64,000 nucleotides of DNA, taken from NCBI GenBank assembly GCA_964016885.1, contig OZ024749.1, positions 43,834,001 to 43,898,000 of the forward strand, written 5' to 3'. A model generated the notes under the pieces. The model ran no database searches, had not been told where the DNA came from, and saw only the letters and a list, made by a program, of their open reading frames with translations. The position numbers and the translations under genes were made by a program. The first letter of the stretch is position 1, and every line of letters starts with the position of its first letter. Shown piece by piece: positions 13,040-27,800 of the stretch. This DNA is from Eledone cirrhosa (lineage: Eukaryota).

Positions 13040-15783
13040 TATATATCACCATCGTCCTTATCATCATAATTTTATGACAGCTTTCCATACTGGCAGGGAT
13101 TTGTTGGGTCATCCCAGTCCAACATTAAAGGTGCTGTGGAACCACATTTTGTTTAAATGTTTCATATTTTGGCATGGTTTCTATAGCTGGATGCCCTTCC
13201 TAACATGAACCACTTTACAGAGTATACTGGAAGGAAATTTCATCTCTAATCTTCATTGTTTCAGTCTCTTCATCACCTCTATGACTGTTCTTTAACAAAA
13301 ATATTTCTCTTTTAGTCAAACAATAAACTGAAGGAAATATTTTTCACAAAGAAGGAAGATTGCCAACTTCTATCAGCTGGTGAAGATCTAGATTTGTACA
13401 AGTCAGACATAGAGAACAACTACTTCCATTTGTTCTGTAACCAAGCTGAAATTGTAAGTTCCTTATAAATCATTTCTACTCTTTCTAAAAATTAATTACA
13501 AAATATTATACTAATTAACACTAAAATAATTGTTTCTGATTTAGGTACAAGGCCAACAATTCTGGGAAAGGGGAAAGTCAATTAAATATCCCCCAGTGTA
13601 CTTTATTTTATTGACCCTGTAAGGATGAAAGGCAAAGCTAACCTCGGTAGGATTTGAACTCAGAACATAAAGGAACATAACTATATGCAGCAAAGCATGT
13701 TGTCCAACTCTCTATTGATACTGTCAATCTGCCGCCCTTGATACTAATTAATACTAAAATAATTGTTTCTACTTTTGGCACAAGGCCAGCAATTACCCAG
13801 TGCATTACTGGTACTTTATTTTATCGACCCCGTAAGGATGAAAGGCAAAGTCAACCTCGGCGGGATTTGAACTCAGATCGTAAAGGGACGTAACTATGCT
13901 AGAAAGCATGGCATCCGACCCTCCACCAATACTGCCAATTCACCGAAGGCCAGCAATTACCCCAGTGCATTACTGGTCCTTTATCTTAATGACCCCGTAA
14001 GGATGAAAGGCAAAGTTAACCTCGGCGGATTTGAACTCAGGACGTAAAGAGCTATAACTCTATGCTGCAAAGGATGCTGTCTGACGCTCTACCGATACTG
14101 TCAAACCACCGCCTTAATTAATACTAAAATAATGATTTCTACTTTGGGCACAAGGCCAGCAATTTTAGTGGGGAGGAGAAAGTCAATTAAATCAACCCCA
14201 GTGCATTACTGGTACTTTATTTTATCGACCCCATAAGGATGAAAGGCAAAGCTAACCTCAACTTATATATAGTTTCCATCTAATGGGCTTCCATATAGCT
14301 TCCATCTATCCAGTTTCACTGGTAAGGCTTGGGTCAACCCAAGGCTATGGTAAAAACACTTGCCCAACATACAACTCAGTGAGTTTAAACCTGGAACCTT
14401 ATGGTTGAGAAGTAAAACCTCTTAAACACTCTACCATGTCTACCTACAGATATTACTACTGAGTAGTAAAACCTCTTAAACACTCTACCATGTCTACCTA
14501 CAGATATCACTACTGAGAAGTAAAACCTCTTAAACACTCTACCATGTCTACCTACAGATATCACTACTGAGAAGTAAAACCTCTTAAACACTCTACCATG
14601 TCTACCTACAGATATCACTACTGAGTAGTAAAACCTCTTAAACACTCTACCATGTCTACCTACAGATATCACTACTGAGTAGTAAAACCTCTTAAACACT
14701 CTACCATGTCTACCTACAGATATCACTACTGAGTAGTAAAACCTCTTAAACACTCTACCATGTCTACCTACAGATATCACTACTGAGTAGTAAAACCTCT
14801 TAAACACTCTACCATGTCTACCTACAGATATCACTACTGAGTAGTAAAACCTCTTAAACACTCTACCATGTCTACCTACAGATATCACTACTGAGTAGTA
14901 AAACCTCTTAAACACTCCACCATGTCTACCTACAGATATCACTACTGAGAAGTAAAACCTCTTAAACACTCTACCATGTCTACCTACAGATATCACTACT
15001 GAGAAGTAAAACCTCTTAAACACTCTACCATGTCTACCTACAGATATCACTACTGAGAAGTAAAACCTCTTAAACACTCTACCATGTCTACCTACAGATA
15101 TCACTACTGAGTAGTAAAACCTCTTAAACACTCTACCATGTCTACCTACAGATATCACTACTGAGTAGTAAAACCTCTTAAACACTCCACCATGTCTACC
15201 TACAGATATCACTACTGAGAAGTAAAACCTCTTAAACACTCTACCATGTCTACCTACAGATATCACTACTGAGTAGTAAAACCTCTTAAACACTCTACCA
15301 TGTCTACCTACAGATATCACTACTGAGTAGTAAAACCTCTTAAACACTCTACCATGTCTACCTACAGATATCACTACTGAGTAGTAAAACCTCTTAAACA
15401 CTCTACCATGTCTACCTACAGATATCACTACTGAGTAGTAAAACCTCTTAAACACTCCACCATGTCTACCTACAGATATCACTACTGAGAAGTAAAACCT
15501 CTTAAACACTCTACCATGTCTACCTACAGATATCACTACTGAGAAGTAAAACCTCTTAAACACTCTACCATGTCTACCTACAGATATCACTACTGAGAAG
15601 TAAAACCTCTTAAACACTCTACCATGTCTACCTACAGATATTACTACAACCCAATGACACAAGGAAACATCTGAAGCAGAAAAATTTATGACTAATGCTA
15701 TCGTTGCTAGTTACAGGCATTGTTGTACTGTCGGTCTCTCTCTCTTTCTCTTGCTTTCTCACTATATATATATATATATCCAC

Positions 15784-15869
<86 letters not shown>

Positions 15870-18800
15870 TTCCCTCTCTCACTATATATATATGTCCCTC
15901 ACTCTTTCTCTCCTTCCATATCTTTCTTTCGTTCTCTCTCTCTCTCCTTCCATCTCTGTCTCATTCTCTCTCTCATACTCTCTCTCCCTCTCTCCCTCTC
16001 TCCCTCTCTTGTGGAAATTTATTTAATAAACATAAAAACAAAACAACCATATATAACTTTGTAACACAACATTTGCCCACAGCTTTCAATATATAGATTT
16101 CATTTTTCATTTTGTTATGGTTTACTGATCAATAACTTATAATCAGGAATATTCTGTTCTCTGTCTGACAGGCATTTGCTCAAGGCCAATACGATACAGC
16201 ATTTAGCCATATACAATCAGCTAAAGATATGTTGGTAGTGTTCCCCAAGGAGGTAAGATACTTTACTGATTTTACAGATTAAATATAAAGTGAAAGCATG
16301 TGGCCTAGTGGTTAAGGTGTTGTGCTCATTATCATAATATTGTGGGATCAATTCTCGGGGCAGATGAGAAGTTGTGTCCTAGAACATGGCACTTTGTGTC
16401 ATGTTTCTCCACTTCACTCAGCTGAAAATTAGTAGCAGTGGCAGAGAGTAGAGGATGTATTTTATTGTGGCACCAGCACCACCACTTTACAGAGTGTACT
16501 GGGTGTAATTGTGGCACCAGTACTATAACACTTTACAGGGAGTAATGGATGTATTTTATCACAGCACCAACCCTAGAGAGCTTGTTATGTCTTTGGCAAG
16601 ACTGAAGAGTCCTCTCAACTCAATATATTCTCAGTTTAATTGCCAACCACTTTACAGTATATATTGAGTACATTTAAACTAAGAGAACAAAGAGAGCTGG
16701 AATGAATGCCTCAAAACTTTCTGTCCGATGTTCTAACAATTCAGCCAATTTGTTGTCTGTTTTAAGAAACATATAAACTTTATATATTTCCATTGTTAAA
16801 GATGTAATATTTGTTATTTTTCAGAGTGGCTTTATATGTCAGTTATGTTACAATTTTGGTGTGGAGTTATATCAGAAGAAATATTATGATGAGTGTGTTA
16901 TATGGTTGGGTTTAAGTCATGATATTGGGAAAGATAAAAAGGAAATATCAGCCTCAATTCAGGTATGCTTTGTAATCTTCTAACAGTTCTTTCTTCAAAT
17001 GTTCAGGTGTTTAACCCTACTGTTACCATATTTCTCTGCCCACCATTGCGATCTTTAGGTCCTCAATAGATTCCAACCCGGTATCTTGCTTCAGGTTGTC
17101 AATGTATGTCACATGATGTCCTCCACACTTCTCTAGCCACCATTGCCATCTTCAGTTCTTTGATAGATTCCAGATTTTTCTGTCCACCACAGCCATCTTC
17201 AGTTCCTGGATAGATTCCAGACCAGTATCCTACTCCAGTTGTCATTGTATGTCACATGATGTCCACCATTGCCATCTTCAGTTCTTCGATAGATTCCAGA
17301 CCAGTATCCTGCTCCTGGTTGTTAATATATGTAACATGACATCCACCAGACTTCTCTGTCCATCATTGCTATCTTCACTTCCTTGATAGATTCCAGGCCA
17401 CTATCCTATTCTAGGTTATCATTGTATGTGGCATGACATCCACAAAACTTCTCTGTCCACCATTGCTATCATCAGTTCCTCAATAGATTCCAGGCCAGTC
17501 TCCTACTTCAGATCAGCTTTCATGCTTCTTCTAGAAGTTGAACACAATGTTTTGACATTCTATAATCTTTTCGCTGACACAATTCTACTGTAATATAATA
17601 ACGAAAGGGTTACAATTTTCACAGAGATGCTTATAAACTTCAGTTATACCTACATTAATTTTTGATAGAGGTGTATATGAGTACCTATACAATATTTTTA
17701 TGTATAATGGTTTCTGAATTAGACACCAGGCCAAAGATTTTGGAGGAGGGAAAGTCAATTAAATCAACCCCATAAGGCTGGTATATACTTTTTTCATGTA
17801 AAACATCTGCTGGAAAAGTTCATTTGCATATATGGTAACTGCTTGACTTGGTAGGGATTAAACGGCTGTAGCACTGCCAATACATTAAGTTTGTTTCAAA
17901 TATTTTGTATATTGATGAACCTTAGATATGGTTGACTTACATAAGCCTTAAATACATAGCTATCTTTATACCCTTGTTGTGTTTTCTTCAGTCCTGTACC
18001 CTCCGGTTACTAGCTACTGCTTATCTGGAGTTCAAAACTGTGGATTCCAATAAAAAGGCTCTGAATGCTATCAATCTTGCCAACAATGTGAGTAACATCA
18101 AACAATTCCTATCTTTGAATAATGCCTGACAATCTAAGACATCTATGTATGTATTCATGTCTTTGTATGTGTGAGAAAGTGAGAGAGTTTGTATGTGTGT
18201 ATGAGTGGTAATGTAAGGAGTGGTGTTCTGACTGGACTGTAGTCAGAACCCCATCCTCCAATATATAAAGAAGTCCCAAATTAATTTTTGGGACCACCAT
18301 AAATAATATGCAAGGGCCACTATGAAATTTTCAGCCAGGAGGCCCATGCAAGCTTAACCCTTTTGTGACTGTATTTCTAATAAAATATATATACATTACT
18401 TCAATTAATTAAGAATTTTGAGGGATTTAATAAATTTATTAATTATTTCATTACTAAAATAGTAACATAACATATGGATCTTATATAAAATTATTTAGGA
18501 AGAGTTTATTTTGAATGGAGACCCTTGAAAATGTGTGGTTTTATTTCATAGAACCAGGAGTGGTTTGGAGCAAGTTGGTATCCAAAGGGTTAATCCATCT
18601 CTTCTACATGAAAAAATTATTAAGATGGCTCATCATCATCATCATTTAATGGTCACTTTCCCTGCTAGCAAGGGTTGAACAGGCCTATATAGACCAAGCC
18701 AGTACTGAAGCGGGGCCATTGACCTCCAAGACAGGCTGTGGGGGTTTGAATCTCACTTACATACATCATACAGTCATACAGTCTACTGAGTGCAGAGGAG

Positions 18801-20909
18801 AAGTTGTCATCTGTCTTTTGACCTAAACTGAAAGGTCCTCCCAACCCCTTATTTAGCAAGCTTTCTATGGCTGAATGCCCTTCCTAATATCAACCACTTT
18901 GCAGTATGTTCTGGATGTTTTTATCATGGTTATGTAACTAAAACAATCTTAAACTGCCACTGATGACTATACAATTTTTAATAATTTCAGTTCCATAACC
19001 ACCATCTTGGAATCCTTCTGAAACTAAGAATATTATTAATGGATAATGAAGCTGGAGATGAATCAATTAAAAACAGTAAGAATATCACTTTACTTTAGAG
19101 AATAATTATTTCTTTATCATATGGCATATTACAGACATAAAATTATATGTATATATATATATATATATATATTATATTTACATGTGTATGTATTCCATGC
19201 CAAAAATGGAATATTTGAGCAAGACGTGGTTCTCCAACCTGTCTAGTCTCAAAGCATAACAACCCATCCAACCCATGCAAGTATGGAAAGCAGACGTTTG
19301 ATGATAATATTTTGAAGTTTTGTTTTGTTTTGTTTTGTTTTGTTTTGTTTTTGTGGAAATTTTAATTATCGTGACAAAATTTTAACAGATTTTGAAGCTA
19401 AACAATGGATTTAATAAAAACAATTTTTTATGTTTTCATCAAAAGGTTATTTTCAAAGAGAAGAGGTTAGTTAGTGGTACATAGACAACAAAGGAAAGTA
19501 GACAGACAGACGGCAGACATTTTAACTGCTTCTTTAAGATCAAAGACCAACTGAGATAGTTCGAAATTTATGATAGTTAATTTTAAACACATTGTTTGGC
19601 TTCCAAATCTATTAAACTTTTGTCACAAAGCTTCAAATTTCACCTTTAAAAAAATAAATTGTTTGAACTTTTTCAACAACTGAGATATGCTTATCTTTTG
19701 TTTTTCTCTTGCTTTGTCATGTCAAAGATTGGCAGGAATTTTCTGAAGGCAGCTACTGTCATTACTACTACCATAATATTTGAACTGTCTAAGTTAACCT
19801 TCAGGCCTTCTTAAGAGTGTTATATGTTCCATTGATATCTTTTCTTTGTAAATTATCTTTTGGTGGAAAATTCAGAAAAAAAGAAATAGAACAAAACTTT
19901 TTATTAAATGTATCTGGTTTCCAGACTTGTTCAAATATATACAGTTTCTAATAAATAAATACACTGCTACATATCTTGAATACTTTTCTTCTCTTCTTTG
20001 TACACACACATACAAAATCTGTTGGCAAATTTTCATATCTAAATTACCCATGAAATATCTAGTCCTAAGATATGTAACTATAACAATTGTGTTTTATCTT
20101 AAGCTGTTTCCTTTTAAAACTTTTATAAGCAATGTTTCTAATCTTTGATAATATTCAATTTAATTTAGTTTAATTTAAACATTTTTTTTTTTTTCAATTT
20201 TTCAGCCATTGAAAATTTATGTAACCACCTTGAATATAACATAGCTATTGGTTTACAAAGTTGTCACTTTTTGACCAATGCAAACAGGTTAATGATATTT
20301 TTGTGAATATTTATATATTATATTTTTCATAAAATTGTAGGAATCTCATATGTGAAAATAGCTGTAAAACAGTTAGCTACTAAAATGATCATAGCAAAGA
20401 GTTGTTTAACCCGACTCTTTGCTTCAAAAGGTTTTGTTTAACCTGACTCTTTGCTTCAAGAGGTTTTGTTTAACCTGACTCTTTGTTATGATCATTGTAG
20501 CAGCTGGCTGTTTTACAGCTTTTTCTGCATTGGCGATTCCTATAATTTTATGAAATATTTACACATTCAACACTCCAAATCATTTCATATCATATTATAT
20601 ATTAGAAATGTATACTGTCTGTATCTGGTTTAAAATAGGTCCAATGTGTTCCTCTGTGTTGTGAGAGGCAACTAAAAGGATTGGCACTAGGGAGGACATC
20701 ATCCAGCTGTAAAACATTGTCTCAAAAAGGACCCCATGTTGAGTACAAAGCCCATCATGGGTCCCACAAGGCTAATTTCTACTTTATCAAAGGAAATCAC
20801 CTTAAAGGCCTTGCTGTTCTTGTTGTTATATATTAGAATTTTCTTTAACCCTTTAGCATTTAAACCGGCTGTATCTGGCCAGAATTCTCTCACCTTTTTC
20901 TGTTCAAAC

Positions 20910-20942
<33 letters not shown>

Positions 20943-23687
20943 TGTCATCAGATCAGATTTGAGCATGGAACAACTAAAATACATGACAACCAGATTTTCA
21001 AATTCACCTGAATATGGTAAAATAGTTTGTACCTTACTGGAATTAAATTTGAAAACAAGAGCAATGCAAGCTGCCAAAGAATTAGTTGAGAATTTAATTA
21101 CAGGTATGATATTTTATTTTTATTTACATTTTATTAGAAGAACAGGTATATTGTATTAATATATTTATTCAGGCTGTTGACACAACAAATAAGCACCCAG
21201 TCCATAATTTTATGTAAGAACCTTTGATAAGTTATGCTCCAAACACTAGCTTAATAAAGAAAAAGTTATTTTATTAAATCCCACCAAATTCTTGATTATT
21301 TTCAAAATCATTTGCAAAACATATGCTGAGTCTTCTTTAATGGAATTTTTTTCAATTTTAGAAGAAATTATTTACTAAAATTTTTAAATCCAAATTATCC
21401 AATTTCAATAATTGTAACGGTATATTTTCAGCTCACAATACAAACGAACCACTTGATATGTCCACTAGAAAGCAGCTACATTACATCTTTTGGGAACAAG
21501 CTGCACAAGCATATGAAGTAAGGTTGAACAGTTTACGTATTGGGATGTTGTTGTTGTTGTTATTTACCTCCAGCCTTAACCAGGTTATTTGTTGGGTTTT
21601 TTGTTGTTTTTAGCAAAAAGATTACAAGGAAGCTCTGGAATGGTACAACTATTCCTACAGTCTCTTCTCATTTGGTGAATATGCTGATAAAAACTTGGCA
21701 AAAGTTAACAGAAATCGTGCTACATGTTATATACACTTAGAGAACTTTGATAAGGTAAAAAAACATTTTAATAACTGTTTCTACATTAGGCACAAAGCCA
21801 GCAATTTGAAGGGAAAGGGAAAGTCGATTAAATCGACCCGTGTTTTACTGGTACTTTATTATATCAACTCTGTAAGGATGAAAGACAAAGCTAACCTCAG
21901 CAGACTTTGAACTCAGAATATAAAGGGATGTAACTATATGCTGCAAAGCATGTTGTCCAATGCTCTACCGATACTGTCAATCTACCACCCTTAGGAAAAA
22001 AAAATTTAATAATGAATGACTATAGGTTAAGGTGCTGAATTTTTCAGCACATGGGTTTGTGTTCTAGCCCTATTATGACAGTGATGACAAACAAGATGAC
22101 ATGTACAAACATTTTAGTTTTTAATGGCTGGATTAGAGAACAGATGGTCTTGAGTTCAAACCCTACTACTATGGTGATTAAAAAGTATGACATAAATAGC
22201 TTGTAGTATTTATTTTGACTCTCAATACTCAAATCCAGCAGCGGTCAGCTTTGCCTTTCATTCTTTGTGGTGGTCGGGTGATGATGATGATGATGATAAT
22301 GAGTAAAATGAGCATGATGGGGATGATGATGATGATAGTGATGAGGAAAATGTTTATGATGATGATGATAGTGATGAGGAAAATGTTTATGATGATGATG
22401 ACATTTGCTATAATTATACATCTGTTAGTATTATACATCTGTTACACTAATAGAGATTATATACAAATACAATCTATTTTCTAGGCTAGAGATGCTCTCT
22501 CAAAAGCTGAAAACTATGATCCCACATCTCCTTACACTCAGTTTATTATTTTCAAGTTAGCTCTGACACAAAGTCAGCAAAATATTGGTGAGTATAAACT
22601 ATGTTTAAAATACCTATTTTGTTTTGTTATTTAGGCAGCGGATTGGCAAAGTTATTAGAGCAGAGGATAAGATGTTTTGTAGTATTTGTTCTAGGCTTCT
22701 GTCTTTCAAGTTCAAATCATATAGAGTTCAACTTTGCCTTTGATCTTGGGGGAAAATTCATTGTCATAGACATAACATCCATAGTGTTGTTGATCTACAT
22801 GATAAATACACTCAGTACACTCTGTAAAAGTGTTGGTGATAGGAAGAGCATCCAGCCATAGAAAATCTGCCAAATGAAATGTAGCTGGAGGCATTCGGAC
22901 TTACCTTGCGTCTGCCCCATACAAAGGGTCAGGAGAACACATCAGTTGTGTGAAAAACATGACAACCTCTGTAGTGATTGTACCACAATAAAATGCACTC
23001 GGTAGAGTGCAGGAATGCATGTAAGTGAGATGCAGAGCCCTGGTCCATCTGTGAGGTGGTGAGTAGCTCTACTTCAGTACTGACTTGTTCTGTAATGAAC
23101 CATCCAACCCTTGCTGGCAGGGAAACCAGACATTAAATGATGTTGATGTCCTTAGAAGTGAAAATATCCGGGACTACTGTTGCAGTACGTTACTGTCATT
23201 TCTTACTAAACCCTTTTTGTTGTTTTTCTCCTCATACAGCATCTGAAGCCTTACAAAAGATGTGTGAATATGCCTCACAAAACATCAGTATTGATGCTGA
23301 AAATTCAGCCTTTACTGCAGATGCATTGATACGACTGGCTGCACAAATGGCTTTTGAGGTAATTGATGACACATTTTTTTTATTTATTTATATATATATA
23401 TATTTATTTCAAGATTCATTAAGATTTCAAAATACACTGTCATGAAATAGACTATATATGTATATGTGTATATATATATAACATAAATGGAACTGTTATT
23501 TTTCTCTAAAAAATTTTGTCCGATTCCACCCTGCCCGTCCCTTTAATCTTTCTAATTTCTCATTCTTTCTTTTTATGAAGGACTAGCGTCCAAAATGTTA
23601 AGACCTTCTTCCTGCTATTTCAAGTGTTAAACTAAAATACTCCTTCCATATACTGTACCGTTTGTGTTGTTATTTCTGTTTACCTTT

Positions 23688-23737
<50 letters not shown>

Positions 23738-24713
23738 CTTTAAATATTATCACAAAATCAATTGATGACTGTTTAATATAAGTAAACTACATAACTTTTA
23801 TATATAATCTATAAACTTTGAATTAATTGCAGAAAGATGAGACAAATTTAGCTGCAACAGCTCTTGAGATATTTTTAAAAGGAAGTCATATGTCAACAGA
23901 AACGCTGACAGCATTGCGATGTCTCATTAGATTATTGTTGGGAAACAATGATGAACATGATCGGTATTGCTCTACTGTGTTATTTTATCATTCATCATCA
24001 TTTCATTTTATTTTACGTCCGCTTTTCCCTGCTTGCAAGGGTGGGACGGGAACTGATTCTGGCTTGATTTCTACAGCTGGATGCCCTTCCTAACACCAAC
24101 CTCATTTACAGTGAGTGCTGGGTGCTTTTTTTGCCGTGGCACCTCCACGACCACTTTGCAATGGAATGATAGGGACCCCAGTCCCTATCATCTCATTTCT
24201 ACAGCTGAGTAAACTGGAGCAATGTGAAATAAAGTGTCTTGCTCAAGGAAACAACACATCACCCAGTCTGAGAATTGAACATGAATTATGTTATATATAT
24301 TTTATATATGTTATATATATGTTTTATATATATATATATATATATAGCGAGTGTGGTGTTTGTCGGGTAATTTTTGGAACCATGATATTGCCTCAGATGT
24401 TCTGCTCCAGAGTGGAAGTGGTGAGGCAGCCCGCAATGATGGTAGAACTCTATCCAGGATCTTCTTACTGATAGAGCCGATGTCAGAACGAGTGGGGTTG
24501 ATAAGTCTGACTGATGGTTTGTTGAGGAAGTTTCCCTTATGGTCCTTCAGGGTAAAGTGCGGGGTCTTTACCCTTAAAGGTTCGGTTCGGTCGTGTAATT
24601 TAAGGGACTTGGCGATTTCTTTTCCGGCTCTATCAGTAAGAAGATCCTGGATAGAGTTCTACCATCATTGCGGGCTGCCTCACCACTTCCACTCTGGAGC
24701 AGAACATCTGAGG

Positions 24714-24748
<35 letters not shown>

Positions 24749-24766
24749 ATATATATATATATATAT

Positions 24767-24837
<71 letters not shown>

Positions 24838-27800
24838 TATATACATATATATTTTATATAGAATTAGAATGGTATTGATCTACTATGTTAATATATATTT
24901 TATATAGAAATTACCTCTACAGGATTAGAACTGTTTCATTCATATGAAATCATCAGGAATGTCTAAAGTATCAAGTACCTTATTTAACTGTGTTTGTTTT
25001 TTTCCCCAATCCCCTTTGGAAAACTATACTTAATTATATGTGTGTGTATTTCTAGTGTGTCTGCGTGTTTGTGTGTGTATGAGATTCGCCAACACTACAC
25101 CTGATTCCCCCCCCCCCCCCCCCCCCTCATACACACACATGTATTTCATGACTCATACACTGTTCATTTTCCTGACATTTGAACATTATTCTATGTACTA
25201 TACATGCACCTTTGATGAGTTGTAGTGCACCTGAGCACTGTACACAATAATTTCATTATTATTATATTATTATGAAACTATAACTCCTAGTGAAGTGATA
25301 AGGGTGCTGTAGTGACATACAGCATTTCTCAGGCATCTTATAACCTGGTAGAGACCATCCCTCTCCAGGTCTGAACACAGCCAATTTCTTCCAGAGAACG
25401 TGAGAACAAACAATAGCACTAAATCCTCGTATTAAACCAAGTGTTTATATTTTGATAAACTAACTCATTTAATTTCCACAAAACAACCTCCTTTCTGTCC
25501 TTTTGTCTGTCTTTCTTTCCTGTTTCTATTATACTAAATTTTCAATTCGTCTTTTAATATATTTTACCTTCGTTTATATTTCATTTCGTTTTATTTTCTC
25601 TTTTCATTCTCCAGGAAGTCTTTCTCTCGACTTCTTGAACATTTGCGGACAGGTAATATCAATTTTTAGTTCTTTAACTTTATTTCCTTCTGTGTGTTGT
25701 GGTGGTGTTGTAGTGTTGTAGTGTTGTGTGTTCTTTCTAAACTTTCAACAAATAACAACAATGCTGTTACTACTACTACTACTACAATACCATTGTTTTC
25801 TGAAACAGTAAAAGACAACTTTAACTTCGTGTTATGTCGTGTGTTTGAAATAATGATAAACACAAACGAGTAATATAAAGAAAAAGACTTCATTCAACCA
25901 ATGTCATGCTGGTTATCAAGTTAGCTTCACAGCATGGTTCCAGGGTCAGTCCCACCATACAGCACCTTAAGTAAAATGTCTTCTACTGTAGCCTTGTGTG
26001 GAATTTGGTACATGGGAACTGTGGAAAAACATGCTGTATGTCTGTGTGTGTGTATATATATATATTATTATTAGTATCTGTTGGTCTTGAAATACCATGG
26101 ATCTGAGCCTGGAGAATTTTGTTTCAGCTTCTGATAGTGACACAGTGTTTGTTGTGGCTGTACAGGCCCGCATGGGAATGACAATCTCATATACAGTGAC
26201 TGCATTTGATGATGCTCTGCTGCAGTGTTACTGTGTAGTGTCTTTCCTTTAACCCTTTATCATTTACATTACTCTATATATACTATTATATTTTCACGGT
26301 AAAGGCTTTAACCTCACTTAATATTGAATCTATGAAGTTTTGATATTATTTATTTTGAGAACAATACGTTATGAACAATACTGTATGAGTGGCTGGTTAC
26401 AGCCAGTTTGATCAGAAAGAGGTGAGAGAATTCTAGTTGGATAAGCCAATTTAAATACTAAAGGGTTAAGCGCAAGCTTCAGTTTCTCTTCCCCTCACTC
26501 CATCCCTTTGCATAATACTCATCTCCAATATGTATGTGCATGTATATATATATATGTTGGATGAAATATTTTGTTGTTTTCTTATCAGAAATTATTCTAA
26601 TTTTTCAGCGTATAAATTTTTAAGTGAGACCTCCTACCAAAATAAAACCTCACAGGACAATAAAGAAACCAACATTCAACTAGAAGCAACTTGGTTTACA
26701 AAAATTGGTAAATATGTGAGATTTTTTAGAGGGTTTGGGGCTTTTTGTTTTACATTGTACATAGATATGAAGGGTATGCAACTAGGAGAACATCTTCATC
26801 ATCATCATCATCATCATCATCCTTTTACGTCTGCTTTCTGTGTTGGCATGGATTGAACCTTTTGTCTCAGTCTGACCGAGACTAGACATGGTTGGATAAC
26901 CACGTCTTGCTCATTTATTCCATATTTAGATATGTTTTCTACAGCTGGATGGCCTTCCTAATGCCAACCAGTTTACAGAATCTACTGGGGTACATTTTAT
27001 AGTGATATCAGAACAACTACTTCACCGATTGTAGAGGGTGTATTTTATAATGACATCAGCACTACCACTTTACAGAGTGTACCAGGTATATTTTCTTGTG
27101 GTACCAGCATAACAACTTTACAGAATGTACTGGGTGTATTTTATAGTGACACCAGCGCTACCACTTTACTGAGTGTACTGGGTGCATTTTATAGTGACAC
27201 CAGCACTACCACTTTACAGAGTGTACGGGGTGCATTTTATCATGGTATCAGTGCTGCCACTTTACTGAGTGTACAGGGTGTATTTTATTTTGGCACCAGT
27301 ACTACCACTCTACAACCATTGTTATAATATTCTAACAACCATTGTTATAATATTCCAATAACCAATGTAATAATATTTCTTCCAGCTTGGAATTTGGCCA
27401 TTCAATCAGAAAAGTCACCAGATTTCTTGAGAGATTTTTTCATTATTTGCTATAAGGTAAAGTTTAAAGTTTTGATCCTGCTTAACCATTTCATTGCCAT
27501 ATTTCTAATAAAATAAACTTCATAAGTATTTCAAAGAATTTCAAAAATAATTAAAGGTTCATAGGCTGGCCAAGATACCCTCATGGAATGACCAATGAGG
27601 CTGATTTTTCAACAAAGTCCCTAGAAAGAAACAATGAAGTTATTAATAAGAAGAGTTGAAATTAATGCATGCAGGATTTTACAGCTCTAGCATCACTCCT
27701 TCATAGTCAGCCTATAAACCTTTCCACCCACTTACATATATCATAAAACATGGGATAATCTCAAGTGTGGTTGGTCTATGATGACCTGTCCAACCTTGCT

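Noticed and set aside
14385-15662. 425-aa minus-strand ORF of 18-aa repeats
   Set aside because: Translation of a 54-bp intronic minisatellite; no real start codon context, splice signals or non-repeat domain
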